Source of the DNA: Antedon mediterranea
Taxonomy: Eukaryota > Animalia > Echinodermata
Assembly (NCBI RefSeq): GCF_964355755.1
Contig: NC_092677.1
Span: 7,462,101 to 7,526,100, forward strand
DNA: 64,000 nucleotides
Direction of reading: 5' to 3'
A program made the position numbers and the translations under genes. Below the pieces are notes generated by a model. That model made no database searches. It was not told where the DNA came from and saw nothing but the letters and a program-made list of their open reading frames with translations. Position 1 is the first letter of the stretch. Every line of letters begins with the position of its first letter. Positions 36,692-50,255 of this stretch are shown here, one piece after another.

Positions 36692-38185
36692 ACAGTAAAG
36701 TGATCTTTAATTGGAAGAGAACCAGTACAATTACTTGTTTTTTGTCACATGATTATAAACTATTTAAACTTCTTGTCTTTACTCATACAAAATAATAAAC
36801 GGTCGCTAATTGGAAGTGCCTTAAAGTAAAGTGATCTTTAATTGGAAGAGGACCAGTACAATTACTTATTTTTTGTTACATGATTATAAACTATTTATGC
36901 TTCTTGTCTTTACTCATACAAAATAATAAAACGGTCGCTAATTGGAAGTGTTTGAATTTAAGTGATCTTTAATTGGAAGAGGACCAGTACAATTACTTGT
37001 TTTTTATCACATGATTATAAACTATTTATTATTCTTGACTGTACTCATACAAAATAATAAAAATGGTCGCTAATTGGAAGTGTTTAAACTAAAGTGTTCT
37101 TTAATTGGAAGAGGACCAGTACAATTACTTGTTTTTTATCACATGATTAAAATCTATTTATTCTTCTTGTTTTTATTCAGATCATACAAAATAATAATAA
37201 CGGTTGCTAATTGGAAGTGTCTTAAAGTAAAGTGATCTATAATTAGAAGAGGACCAGTACAATTAATTGTTTTTTATCACATGATTAAAATCTATTTATT
37301 CTTCTTGTTTTTATTCAGATCATACAAAATAATAATAACGGTTGCTAATTGGAAGTGTCTTAAAGTAAAGTGATCTATAATTAGAAGAGGACCAGTACAA
37401 TTAATTGTTTTTTATCACATGATTAAAATCTATTTATTCTTCTTGTTTTTATTCAGATCATACAAAATAATAATAACGGTTGCTAATTGGGAGTGTCTTA
37501 AAGTAAAGTGATCTATAATTAGAAGAGGACCAGTACAATTAATTGTTTTTTATCACATGATTAAAATCTATTTATTCTTCTTGTTTTTATTTAGATCATA
37601 CAAAATAATAATAACGGTTGCTAATTGGGAGTGTCTTAAAGTAAAGTGATCTATAATTAGAAGAGGACCAGTACAATTAATTGTTTTTTATCACATGATT
37701 AAAATCTATTTATTCTTCTTGTTTTTATTCAGATCATACAAAATAATAATAACGGTTGCTAATTGGGAGTGTCTTAAAGTAAAGTGATCTATAATTAGAA
37801 GAGGACCAGTACAATTAATTGTTTTTTATCACATGATTAAAATCTATTTATTCTTCTTGTTTTTATTCAGATCATACAAAATAATAATAACGGTTGCTAA
37901 TTGGGAGTGTCTTAAAGTAAAGTGATCTATAATTAGAAGAGGACCAGTACAATTAATTGTTTTTTATCACATGATTAAAGACTATTTATTACTCTTGTCT
38001 TTACTCATACAAAATAATAAAAATGGTCGCTAATTGGAAGTGTTTAAACTAAAGTGTTCTTTAATTGGAAGAGGACCAGTATAATTACTTGTTTTTATTA
38101 CATGATTATTATTATATTATTATTTATTCTTCTTGTCTTTATTCATACCAAAATATATAATGGTCGCTAATTGGAGGTGTTTTAA
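36692..38185. repeat. About 131-138-bp tandem satellite, about 11 copies
   Basis: GAGGACCAGTACAATT recurs. The central copies have an exact 138-bp period (37249, 37387, 37525, 37663, 37801, 37939). Confidence 0.95.
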
Positions 38186-38432
38186 GCCAAGACATTTTTG
38201 AAAAATAAAAACTAGTTTGGCATTATTAACAAATAGTGGTCGTTAAAAAAAGACAAGTGCATGCGCAATCACGATCAAAACCTGAATCTCAAATCTCAAC
38301 TACGGACGGTATTCAATCCAAGGGTCAGACATTATTAAACGCGCCGGACAACATTAAATTGTTGGAAAACGCCCGCGAACCCGTTGAAACATGCAATTGG
38401 ACACTATCCAATGCTGAAAAGTGTCCACCCGG

Positions 38433-38691
38433 ACGCGATTTTTTTTTTCGTACATAAGTTGGGGACCCCATGTGAAAGATAGCCGAACTACTTCCTTAAT
38501 ATAACTAAACCTAACCCTTTAAATAATCTCTCTCTCACTATAAAGTAAAAGAAGTAGCTCATGGGAGTCGAACCCCATATATCGACATGTAAAGTCCATA
38601 GTCTTATCCACTCGACTACACAGACGGCTCGACAGAAATCGTTTGCATTAGCGAATTGTAGTTAACTTATGTACGAAAAGAAATATCGCCA
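38433..38691. mobile_element. Short member of the CCNGG-targeting family carrying a tRNA-like segment
   Basis: TIR GCGATTTTTTTTTTCGTACATAAGTT and CCCGG TSD. A-box/B-box-like sequence on - at 38554-38625. Confidence 0.7.
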
Positions 38692-39509
38692 CCCGGACAC
38701 ATTTGAATGATGGACACATTTCAATCTTACACCGGCCGAAGTCGAGCGAGGAAAACTAAAACAACATGCTCAAAATATGGAACGTACCATTCGCTGATAG
38801 GGTGCATTGATGTATTAAACGGAAAACGTCACAACAAACTAGAGCGTACTTTACAGTACAATATTTTACTCACTATAAATATTCACCGGATTATAATGGT
38901 TCAATCTTCGAAATTCTGAACGGGATTTACGCCTCATGCACCATTTTAAAATGTAGTTCGCACAATTACCATGCACAATACGTTTGTAAACTATGTTTTA
39001 TCGATTTCAATGTAGATTTAGCTATAATTTAATACCAAAATCCATAAAATTTTTCCATAAACAGTGATTCAAAATTGTTTTTTTGTCACCAAAATTGATC
39101 TTTCGTTACGAAAAACCTATTTATAGAAGACGATTTAAGCTCATTTAAAGCCTGATAACATACAACAAAAATTAATCCGCTAGCTTCAATGGTAATCGTG
39201 CGATCGTGTTTTGAAAACTGATGGGGATTTTCGGCTCGACGGGATTTTAGAACCGTTTTAAAATCGTATTTTCTCGGCAACTACTTCATTAATTTTAATT
39301 GTAAACACACTTATACATAGATTAAAACAAGTACTTTCAAACATTATACATTTTTAAAGTATTAATTAAGAGTGAACACGATTTATTTACCAAAGTCATA
39401 CTACTTATTCGAATTTTTTTAATATTTCAAAAGTGATACCCCTCTGTACGCTTTCATTGGGATACCTACTTCTATTGACTATGTTTAAATCGATCGAATA
39501 TACAGATTT

Positions 39510-40392
39510 AGACTTGCCCCAAGTCTGTATTTTCTTTTTTATTTATTTGTTTTTATTGCGACCGCGATTTTTGTCTGAAAATACAGACTTGTGAAACGCG
39601 TATAGAAATAGATTTGTAGACCGCAAACATCCGATAAGAATGACGTAGGTGATCATACCGTATTTGGCTATATGGGGCGGGCGGTATGTAGATATGGATT
39701 TCGAATCAACCAATGATCATCTTGTTTCAAAATGAAAAAGATCGAGTACGTACAGTGCTGAATGTACGGTCGAGACTGTTGATAAAATCGTGTTGCCAAG
39801 TTGTTTTTTTATTAATTGTTTAGTCATTGGCCTAGGCCTATTTCGTAGGTCCTACTCAACTCGCACGTATGACCTGCCAAATAAAACGTCAATAAAGTAG
39901 GCAGTACAACGTGTATGTTAACTATATAGGTGCCCTGACGGATGACAATTAATACTTATCATCCGTCAGGGCACTACCAGTTATAGACTTGCTCCAAGTC
40001 TGTATTGTCTTTTTTTTTTATTTATTTGTTTTTATTTCGACCGCGATTTTTGTCTGAAAATACAGACTTGTGAAACACGTATAGAAATCGATTTGCAGAC
40101 CGCAAGCATCCGATAAGAGTGACGTAGGTTACGATACCGTATTTGGCTATATGGGGCGGGCGGTATGTAAATATGGATTTCGAATCAACCAATGATCATT
40201 TTGTTTCAAAATAAAAAAGATCGAGTACTATACGAACAGTGCTGAATGTACGATCGAGACTGTTGAAATATAAAATCGTGTTGCCAAGTTGTTTTGTTTA
40301 TTAATTGTTTAGTCCTTGGCCTAGGCCTCCTTCGTAGGTCCTACTCAACTCGCACGTATGACCTGCCGAATAAAACGCCAATAAGGTAGGCC
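39510..40392. repeat. About 400-bp diverged direct duplication separated by one hairpin-repeat unit
   Basis: 39510-39902 matches 39985-40392 (AGACTTGC.CCAAGTCTGTATT...). A solo hairpin unit lies at 39906-39983. Confidence 0.85.
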
Positions 40393-40974
40393 TACATACC
40401 ACCACCGACCGGCACACAACAGGGCTACACCACCACACAGAACAGGACAGGGTCTGGGTGGGAATTAAATCAAAATATCTCCGCGTAATAAATGATCCAT
40501 TCAATCAATGTTTGATTTGCGGAGAAGCTAACCTATCATATCAAGACGAGTTTTCATGTTCTTGGGAAAAATCCCATCAAATAATTACCAGACTACTAGG
40601 GATAAAATCATTTCTAGCCTTCAGAAACTTTCATCAATGTACCCATGGAGGTACCTCCATGATGTACCCAAGTACATATTGTCTAAACGTAAATAGCGCA
40701 TGCGCATCATCTTAGATGTTGAGTCTTTGAAATTCTGAAATATGAATATTAAAATAGTGTACGAGTGAGTAGCCAATCGCATGCAGCTGAAACTAGTCAA
40801 CCGGATAATCGTATGCACCAAGAATTCTTGGTGTCAAACCACGTGACTTGTGCGTGTTTCCCCAGACGGAGTATCCAAAATCAAGTAGTAAACGTATGAA
40901 ACGCCATATGTGCCAAAATATTTATCTTTTTACTAATATTAAGACAAAACTCCGTCTGGAACCCAGACTATACC

Positions 40975-43900
40975 AGTTACACAGAGTGAATTAACAACGT
41001 GTATGTTAACTATATAGGTGCCCTGACGGATGACAATTAATACTATCATCCGTCAGGGCACTACCAGATTCATAGTGAATTAACAACGTGTATGTTAACT
41101 ATTTAGGTGCCCTGACGGATGACAATTAATACTTAGCATCCGTCAGGGCACTACGTTACACAGTGAATTAACAACGTGTATGTTAACTATATAGGTGCCC
41201 TGACGGATGACAATTAATACCTATCATCCGTCAGGGCACTACCAGTTACACAGAGTGAATTAATAACGTGTATGTTAACTATATAGGTGCCCTGACGGAT
41301 GACAATTAATCCTTATCATCATCCGTCAGGGCACTACCAGTTAGGCCTACACAGTGAATTAACAACATGATATGTTAACTTTATAGGTGCCCTGACGGAT
41401 GACAATTAATACTTATCATCTGTTAGGGCACTACGTTACACAGTGAATTAACAACGTGTATGTTAACTATATAGGTGCCCTGACGGATGACAATTAATAC
41501 TTATCATCCGTCAGGGCACTACGTTACACATACTCTAGTAGCTAGATCAACTTTCGTATGCACTTTGAGGTCCAGAGAATTTGACTTCAGAAATTGGTTT
41601 AGGGTGGTCAAACAATCATATTTGGCTTGGTTACACATTTTGAAAATGTGACGAAAGGTCAAAAGGTCAAGGTGAAAGGTCATAAGACCAAACATAAATA
41701 TGTCCTTAAATCTCAACAACCACTGGTCACAACGAGGTAATTTTGGTCTTAAATTAATCAGAAGGTATACATTTATATTCAGTCTAATGGGACATTTTAG
41801 TAAAAAATAACCGGAAATGCCATTTATGACCTTTGACCCACAACCCAAGGCATGTATGTATCTCCGTAACTACTGGTCGTAGACACTTGAATTTGGTTTT
41901 AAATTGTTCGAAATATATGTTTTGTTATTTGTTACACATTTTGAAAAATGTTACAAAAGGTCAAAGGGTCAAGGTCAAGGGTTATTTGAACAAATAAAAA
42001 AAGGTACTTGTATCTCGGCAACCACTGGTCGCAGCAAGTCAATTTTGGTCTCAAAATGTTCAGAAAGCATGCATTTATATTCCACCTAATGGGGCATTTT
42101 AGTCAAAAATGATCAGAAATGCCATTTCTGACCTTTGACCCACATACCTTCATATATCTGTAAGTACAGGTCGTAGAAACTTAAATTTGGTATCAAATTG
42201 TTCGAAATATACATATTTACATTCATTGTAATAGAAAATGTGGTTAAAGGATGAACAGAAATACTATTACTAATGTTTCAAACAAAAAACATATCTACAC
42301 AACTTATCCTTAGAGTTTAGACAGTAATGTTATGCAATAACTGATACTTTAAATTGTTTTAATTTCAAGTACTAGTTATTGCTGTCCCCGAGGACATTTT
42401 GATAGAAACGTTAAGCTCAACAGTTCTTTTCAGAATGCTAGAAGTAACTTGCCATATGTATCTGATTAAACGCCCCAGGCATTTATTGTTCAAAAGGGTT
42501 TTAGGGGGAAAGGAGGCATCTTTATTTGGGGTATAATATGGTAACATGTATAATCCACCTAGATGTAAAAAAATACTGCACAATTAATATCAAAAAGTGA
42601 TAAAATTATGTCAAAATGCTTGGTAAATTGTAGATTATGGTAGTTAATGAAATGTGTTGACGTGATACAATTATTGTGTAAATGCATGTGGCGGGGCGTT
42701 TATTCCGCATGGTGTTCTATTGGAGGGAATGGTGGCGTTTATTTGAAGGAATACTCTAATTTTAATAATTGTATTTCGTTTCTCAACTGATAAAAGGTAC
42801 TTTACATGATTCGTTTTCCTCTTTATGCTTTTTAACGAAATGTTTCTGTCTTTTAAAATAAAAGTGATAGATTCCATTAAATAGATCTTCTCCTCCAGGT
42901 GCCAGTATAATGATATAAAACAATGACACATCATTATCCTGACACGATTGCACTCATAATGGATCTTCATTCTATCATCTATTTGTTTGTAACTACAATT
43001 TGACAACAATCTTTTGCATAGTTTTAAATTCCAATACATAGTTTCATTTTACTATTGTACAATATGTCCAGCTTTCCTGAAAACACCCTTGTGTAAGTAC
43101 AGTGTTGTAGTATGATTATATCATGATAAACTTCTGATGCTTTTATTGTCAATGCATTCAGTACCTAAAACATGTCAAAGTTTCTAGTGGTATTGATAAT
43201 AAATCTCCAGAAATATATATTGTTATTATCTACACTGGGAACAGACGTGTACGTATATGTATAAGTTTTGTCGTTGACATTCAAAACTATTATGCAACAG
43301 TGTTACGTAATAATGACAATGACTTGGTCTATTATTGTGGTCTCCGATACCTTTCATTACATGATTGTACTTCCACCAGGATAGAATGAGGTTTAATCCC
43401 GTTATTATTCTTATTATATATATATTTTTTTTATATATATATTGGGGTGCATTTATTTGATTATACATGTTACCATTATTACACCCAACAAAATAAACGC
43501 CTTCCCTGAATAAAGGCTTTTATTCGGGTAACTACAGTAAATTACTTCTAGCATTCTCAAAATGTTTGAACGTTCGGGGGTGAACAATACTTTCTAGCAT
43601 TATTATAAGCAAAAGTACAATTATTACAAACAGTAAAGGATTTGTTTTAATTCCTACAGTATAATGAAACTCATTAAGCATCAATTATTGCATAACATTA
43701 CTGTCTAATGATAAGTTGGGTAGATATGTTTTTCATTTAAAAGATTAGTAATTAATAGTATTTCTGATCATCTTTTATCCAAATTTTCTGTTAGAATGAA
43801 TGTAAATATGTGTATTTCTAACAATTTGATTGCTAAATTTAAGTTTCTACGACCTGTACTTACAGAGATAAGAAGATGCCCTGGTATGTATGTCAAAGGT

Positions 43901-45425
43901 CAGAAATGTCATTTCCGGTCATTTTTTACTAAAATGTTTCATTAGACTGAATATGAATGTATACCTTCTGAACATTTTGAGACCAAAATTTACTCGCTGT
44001 GACCAGTGGTTGCCGAGATACAAATACCTATTTGTGTTTATTCATATAACCCCTGGCCTTGACCTTTTGACCTTTTGTAACAGTGTTCAAAATGTGTAAC
44101 AAATAACTAAATGTATATTTCGAACAATTTGAGCCCAAATTCAAGTCTCTACGGCCAATAGTTATAGAGATACAGATATGCCCTGGTTTATGTGTCAAAG
44201 GTCAGAAATGGCATTTCCGGTCATTTTCGACTAAAATGTTTCATTAGACTGAATATGAATGTATACCTTCGGATTAATTTGAGACCAAAATTACCTCGCT
44301 GTGACCAGTGGTTGTCGAGATTTAAGGACATAATGGTGTTTGATCTTATAACCTTTGACCCTGACCTTTTGACATTTCGCCACATTTTCAAAATGTGTAA
44401 CCAAGCCAAAAATGATTGTTTGACCACCCTAAACCAATTTCTGAAGTCAAATTCTCTGGACCTCAAAGTGCATACGAAAGTTGATCTAGCTACTAGAGTA
44501 ACAGTGAATTAACAACGTGTATGTTAACTATTTAGGTGCCCTGACGGATGCCAATTAATACTTATCATATCCGTCAGGACACTACGTTACACAGTGAATT
44601 AACAACGTGTATGTTAACTATATAGGTGCCCTGACGGATGACAATTACCTATCATCCGTCAGGGCACTACCAGTTACACAGAGTGAATTAATAACGTGTA
44701 TGTTAACTATATAGGTGCCCTGACGGATGACAATTAATCCTTATCATCCGTCAGGGCACTACCAGTTAGGCCTACACAACAGTGAATTAACAACATGATA
44801 TGTTAACTTTATAGGTGCCCTGACGGATGACAATTAATCCTTATCATATCCGTCAGGGCACTACCAGTTAGGCCTACACAGTGAATTAACAACATGATAT
44901 GTTAACTTTATAGGTGCCCTGACGGATGACAATTAATACTTATCATCCGTCAGGGCACTACGTTACACAGTGAATTAACAACGTGTATGTTAACTGTTTA
45001 GGTGCCCTGACGGATGACAATTAATACCTTTCATCCGTCAGGGCACTACCAGTTTCACAGTGAATTAGCAACGTGTATGTTAACTATATAGGTGCCCTGA
45101 CGGATGACAATTAATACTTATCATCCGTCAGGGCACTACCAGATTTATAGTGAATTAACAACGTGTAGGCCCCTATGTTAACTATTTAGGTGCCCTGACG
45201 GATGACAATGAATATACTTATCACAGTGAATTAACAACGTGTATGTTAACTATTTAGGTGCCCTGACGGATGACAATTAATATTTTTCATCCGTCAGGGC
45301 ACTACCAGTTTCACAGAGTGAATTAACAACGTGTATGTTAACGGAAAACAACGTGTATGTTAACTATGACGGATGACAATTAATACTTATCATCCGTCAG
45401 GGCACTACCAGATTCATAGTGAATT
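40975..45425 (+). repeat. Tandem array of about 90-bp hairpin units (about 16 copies), interrupted
   Basis: Unit AGTGAATTAACAACGTGTATGTTAACTATATAG-GTGCCCTGACGGATGA-caattaatactta-TCATCCGTCAGGGCAC-TACCAGTT. Six copies lie left and about ten right of the insertion. Confidence 0.95.
41531..44500. mobile_element. Long-TIR non-autonomous element (Academ-like), #2
   Basis: TACTCTAGTAGCTAGATC / GATCTAGCTACTAGAGTA with about 0.8-kb inverted arms. A 3-bp TSD ACA restores the array unit GTTACACAGTG. Confidence 0.8.
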
Positions 45426-46147
45426 CAGACATTCGTTCATATCGATAATATAACCGAACAACGTATGCTAACTCAGTGCATGTAGCTAACTCAGCACTGA
45501 GCTAACTAGGTGCCGTGACGCAATAAAATTACTAAATTAAAATTTTGCAGCAGTACGGTAAAATTATGATTCATGGTTTTGTAGTGGAATTGCATGAAAA
45601 TTACAAAGGTATAACGAGAACAACTTTCACCATCGCGTTGCACTTACACTGTAATAATTGAATAATTGTGCAAATGGTAAAATACGATCTATGAATTGCG
45701 GTCCATCTATGCAAGGAATTAAGTGCGCATGCGTGAAATAAATAGGTTGACGACGGATGACATTTAGACTCTTCCTTTCTTGTGACCGTCTGTCTGCGAT
45801 ATTTTTTTACGCTCAACGAAACTGCCAGCTAGCCAGAATACTGTTTTCTGATTGGATGTTGATGTCACGTGAGATGTTCAAATCACTCACGCATGCAGTT
45901 CGCCTCAGTAGGTAATTCTTCCTCGCACTCTCCGACCGGTTGCGACTCGCACTGCTCTTTAGGCTAGCAATTAACGTGTTGTAGGAATCGTACATTTCAA
46001 CTACTATAGCTCCTTGCACAACAGACAGAGGCTTACAATTTCCCGCATTTTTATTGTGTCGCCATCGTTGAAATGTTTTTTCGTAACATTTAAGAGTTAA
46101 CGAGGGAAAGGCGTGTTTACAACTACCGGCATTCAAGGGCACGGCGA

Positions 46148-46507
46148 GTGTCCGAGAATGCTTTCGGAATACTCGCAAGCAAGTTCCGACTGTACCACAG
46201 GAAAATCGCCCTTAAAGCAGAAAATGCAGAGAAAATTGTGAAGGCAACATGTGTGCTGCACAATTACATTCGGAAGACTTCAAGATGTAAACATTTTGAA
46301 ATTGGTCTAGATGAAGAGAACATGTTAAGTAATAACTTAATGGAAGCAGAAGGACTGCAAGCTGTAGAAAGTCGAAGAGGGCACCACAGCGCAGCGAGCG
46401 CTCTCGATATCAGAGATAAGTTTAAGCGCTACTTTAGTTCTGATGCTGGCAGTGTTTCATGGCAGGTCCAGAAAACATTCGGTGTAGCTACACTATTGCC
46501 AAAGTAA
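46148..46507 (+). pseudogene. Harbinger transposase C-terminal fragment
   Basis: SENAFGILASKFR...IVKATCVLHNYI...IRDKFKRYF...GSVSWQ. The N-terminal part is missing. Confidence 0.85.
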
Positions 46508-47390
46508 ATTAACTATATATAGTATATTTATATAAATGTCATTCGTTTATACTATGTATTTCCACAAAAATTTATCCGGTTATAAATGTAGGTAAACAAA
46601 CGTATTCTGAGACAACAAATTGATATGACTATTCCACAATTTAAATTTCAACATACTGTATATGTTTTATTTTTAATTTCAAAATATTAAAATTGCACCA
46701 ACAGTTTCAAAGTTATGAATAAAAAATAAAAACTATTTATTCAACCAAAAGTACTTCGAGTCTAATTAATTGATTATACATTTTTGTTTATTGAATTATT
46801 CTTCATTAGCGATTTCCTCTTCTATGTCGAACACAATTAGAGTAGTACAGGCTATATGTGACATTTATCCTATGTAACCTTGAAAAAATTCTAATAAAAG
46901 GTCTTTTGGTATTTTCTTGTAGCTTTAGGTGTGAATAAATACCAAAAAATTTTTGCAGCCTTCTAGTTGCTGCGTTAGTGAGATATTGAGGGTCAAAGGT
47001 CAGTGACCTTTTTGTGGCATTTGATGGCTCATAAATCCTCAATTCCTGGGTTTAAAAAGACAACTGTGGTGTCTACATCTATGTTTTAGTGGTCAAACAA
47101 CAAAATAAAGTTTGTGCAAATTTCGGGTTACTTGTGCCATTGGTCAGATTGTCGGGTCAAAGGTCATTGACCTTTATTCATTAATAACTACTACTAGTTT
47201 AGGACCTGGGTAAGATTTGTATGCATTCAATTTAGGAGAGAATATCTCAACTGTTATAGGATAATTAGACCCCAAGGAACAACATGGGATATGTGCCAAA
47301 TTCGTTATCGAAAATACATATTTATGTTCAGTCGAACACAACGTTTACCCCAAAAAATGACCGGAAATGCTTTTACTGACCTTTGACCAA

Positions 47391-49095
47391 ACTTACTTAC
47401 TTAATCTCATCCCACTATTAAGTGGGTGCCATGATAATTTGTCTCCACACATCTCTATCAAGCATGCTCTTTCTCAGTTCACTCAGGTCTAGTTTGGTAT
47501 CTTTCAACAGAATGTAGAGCGAAGTCAGTTGAGGTCTTCCCACTTTCCTTTTCTCTTCTGGTTCCCAAAGGAGAACTCTTGAGGCAGGCTCAGAGCTTCT
47601 CATAACATGACCGGCAAGGCCCATGCGACGTCTTTGAATGATGGTCGTAAGACGGGGAAGGTTGGCATATAGTGTCTTGTTGGTGGCGTGTGAGGACCAT
47701 GGGATGTTTTGGACTTTCCTCAGCATGCGGGTGTATGCTCCATCCAATGATTTTGAGAGCGATGAAGTAAGACTCCATGTCTCACAGCCGTAAAGAAGAA
47801 TGGCTTCAACTGTTGACTTAAAGAGGCGGATTTTTGTGGACTTGTTGATACGAGATGCCCATATTTTTGAAAGACTGTTCAGCGCACCCCATGCTTGACC
47901 AAGTCTTGCTTCGACATCATGGTTAGTGGATGAACAGTAGCTTCCGAGGTACTTGAAATCCTCTACTTGTTCTATTGCTGATCCATCCAGTGCGAGAGTT
48001 ATAGAAGGTGATGAGGGGTTTAAATATATGAATTGGGTCTTCTTGATGTTTAAGTATAAACCTATAGCTTGTGTGGCTTGTTGAATTCTGTGCAGTAGAT
48101 TTTCGGCAGCATGTATGGAATCTTCAAGAATGGCGATGTCATCGGCAAAGTCCAGGTCTGGTAGTACTTCAGCTGGATGTCTTCTACTACGGCGGAGGGT
48201 GAGACCGTCTGATGATGTAGTTGCTGATCGCACTACATAGTCAAGGCAGACAATAAACAAGAATGGAGCAAGAGGGTCTCCTTGAACTACGCCAGAGTCG
48301 ATGTTGAAGCAATCAGTCTCACCATCTGGAGTCAGGACAACTGCTGATGTATTGATATACATTACTCTGATGGCTTCTACAATTTTATGAGGGATGCCGT
48401 ATGCTAAGAGGATCTTCATCATGATGTTGCGATTGATGGAATCGAAGGCTTTGCGAAAGTCAATAAAGATAATGACTGCCTCTTTGTGATGGTTCGTAAC
48501 CTCTTCAACAATTCTCCTCAGTGCAAGAATGTGCGTAGTTGTTGATCGAGCCTGACGAAAGCCATTCTGGTTGGGGCGTAAAACTTCATTAATCACAGGA
48601 CGTATCCTATTTAAAATCAGGCGATTGTAGATCTTTGCAGCCAATTGTGATAATGAAATACCCCTGTAGTTATCTGGTTTTGAAAGATCACCTTTTTTCA
48701 GGATATGAACGAAATTCCCCATTCTGATGGCCTGTATCCATCAAGAATTTGATTGCAGAAAGAAGTGAGAGCTTTCTGGGTGCCAGGTAATTTCCATATT
48801 TCGATGGGAAGACCGTCAAGACCAGTTGCTTTGCCAGATTTCATCTGTTTGCAGGCAATTGACACCTCAGCCTCGGAGAACCTCTCGGAGCTTATCTGGT
48901 GGTTAAGTTGAAGATTTTGACGATATCCATGTCATCTACCACTGAAGTCTCCACCAATAGTAGTTTGTGGAAGTGAGTTTTCCATGCTAGAAGACAATCC
49001 TCTCCCATGATGCATGCACTTTGAGATCTCTTCCCTGAGAGTTGTTTGACAAGTTGCCATGCAGATTTTAAGCTGTTGGCCGATGCTGGTTGATC
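47391..49095 (-). mobile_element. 5'-truncated RTE-clade LINE (RT domain)
   Basis: ORF 47418-48722 contains KKGDL..NYRGISL, QNGFR, FIDFRKAFDS, GVVQGDPLAP, LDFADD and FKYLG. Frameshifted upstream, with a (TAAG)n tail. Confidence 0.9.
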
Positions 49096-49249
49096 GACAC
49101 ACTGTATGGTATAAAATGGAAGCATATACAATATGCTACCCATTGCTACCCAACTTGTATTGAAATAATTTTTGATTAGGAATATAACTTTATGGAAAAT
49201 GTGCATAATTGACTTCAGTATTTAGAATTATTATTAATTTATCTTTATC

Positions 49250-50255
49250 AACTAGTACGACCTTTCCTGATGATTTGAAGTTGGGTCTAGTTACATTTAT
49301 TTTAAAGAAACCTTCACTGGATCATACTTCCATGGCAAATTTTTGATCTATTTCTAATGTCGCTTTTTTATCTAATTGATCCTTGAGAAATGCGTTGCTT
49401 TAGATCTCATACATTTTCTTGACGACAATAATTTGTTCGACCCTCTTCAATCAGCATATAGAAAGCACCACAGTACAGAGTCAGCCATTCTCAAGGTGCA
49501 TAATGATATTATTTTAACTCTGAATAAAGGTAATTGTCTTTTTTCTGTGTACCTCGACCTGTCGGCAGCTTCTGATACCATGTACTATTCCATTCTTATT
49601 GCAAGACTCTCGTCTATTGTTATATGTGGATCTGCTCTAAATTGGTTCAAGTCATATTTGTCTTCTAGGAAGCAGCAGGTCCGGATTGGTAATGTCAAAT
49701 CCACCTCTATCGACCTGAAATGCGGTGTTCCTCAAGGATCAATACTGGGTCCTGTATTGTTTTTAGTTTACATCTCGCCCATGAGTGATATCATTAAGAG
49801 ACATTGTGTCCAATATCATGTGTACGCAGATGATACACAACTGTACATCAGCTTTAATCCAGCAGAGTTTAATGAGGCGAAATCGGTTATCGAAGCTTGT
49901 GTTGTTGATGTTCAGGATTGGCTAACTAAAAACATGCTCTTTTTAAACCTGGTAAAACAGAAATCTTATTTCTTCATTCAAAACACTTCAAGAAATTGGC
50001 CATTGCTAGAAACATCAATCACATCATCGTTGGAGGTTAGATATATCGGAGTTGTATTTGACTCAACGATTATGTCCAGACATATCAACAACATTAGTAA
50101 ATCTGATACCTACCACCTTCGTAACATAAGATCAATTCGCAAACACACTCCTCGCTTATTAAACTTGTCCATGCACTAATAACATCACGGTTAGACTACT
50201 GCAATGCCATTTTGTTTGGTCTACCAAATAAAGAACTTAATAAACTACAACTAAG
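49250..50255 (+). mobile_element. Degenerate CR1/L2-group LINE RT fragment
   Basis: QSAYRKHHSTESA, LDLSAA, GVPQGSILGP, YADDTQLY, RLDYCN. Contains stops and frameshifts. Confidence 0.85.

Larger units (their letters stand above)
35087..38736. mobile_element. Non-autonomous TIR element carrying a satellite array
   Basis: TIR GCCGGTGTAAGATTTAAATGTGTCC / GGACACATTTCAATCTTACACCGGC with CGA on both flanks. Confidence 0.65.
29576..39467. mobile_element. TIR element with 9-bp TSD (MULE-like), hosting many nested insertions
   Basis: 16-bp TIR AGGTATCCCAATGAAA / TTTCATTGGGATACCT with ACTTCTATT on both flanks. Confidence 0.8.

Noticed and set aside
38554-38625. Functional tRNA gene
   Set aside because: The acceptor and anticodon stems do not pair properly, and the segment lies inside a TIR element.
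41519-44512. Paired similar ORFs of about 100 aa (41519-41848, 44192-44512)
   Set aside because: They are mirror translations of the inverted arms of a non-coding element.
40975-45425. CRISPR-like array of palindromic repeats
   Set aside because: Inter-repeat sequences are copies of each other, not unique spacers. There are no cas genes and the context is eukaryotic.
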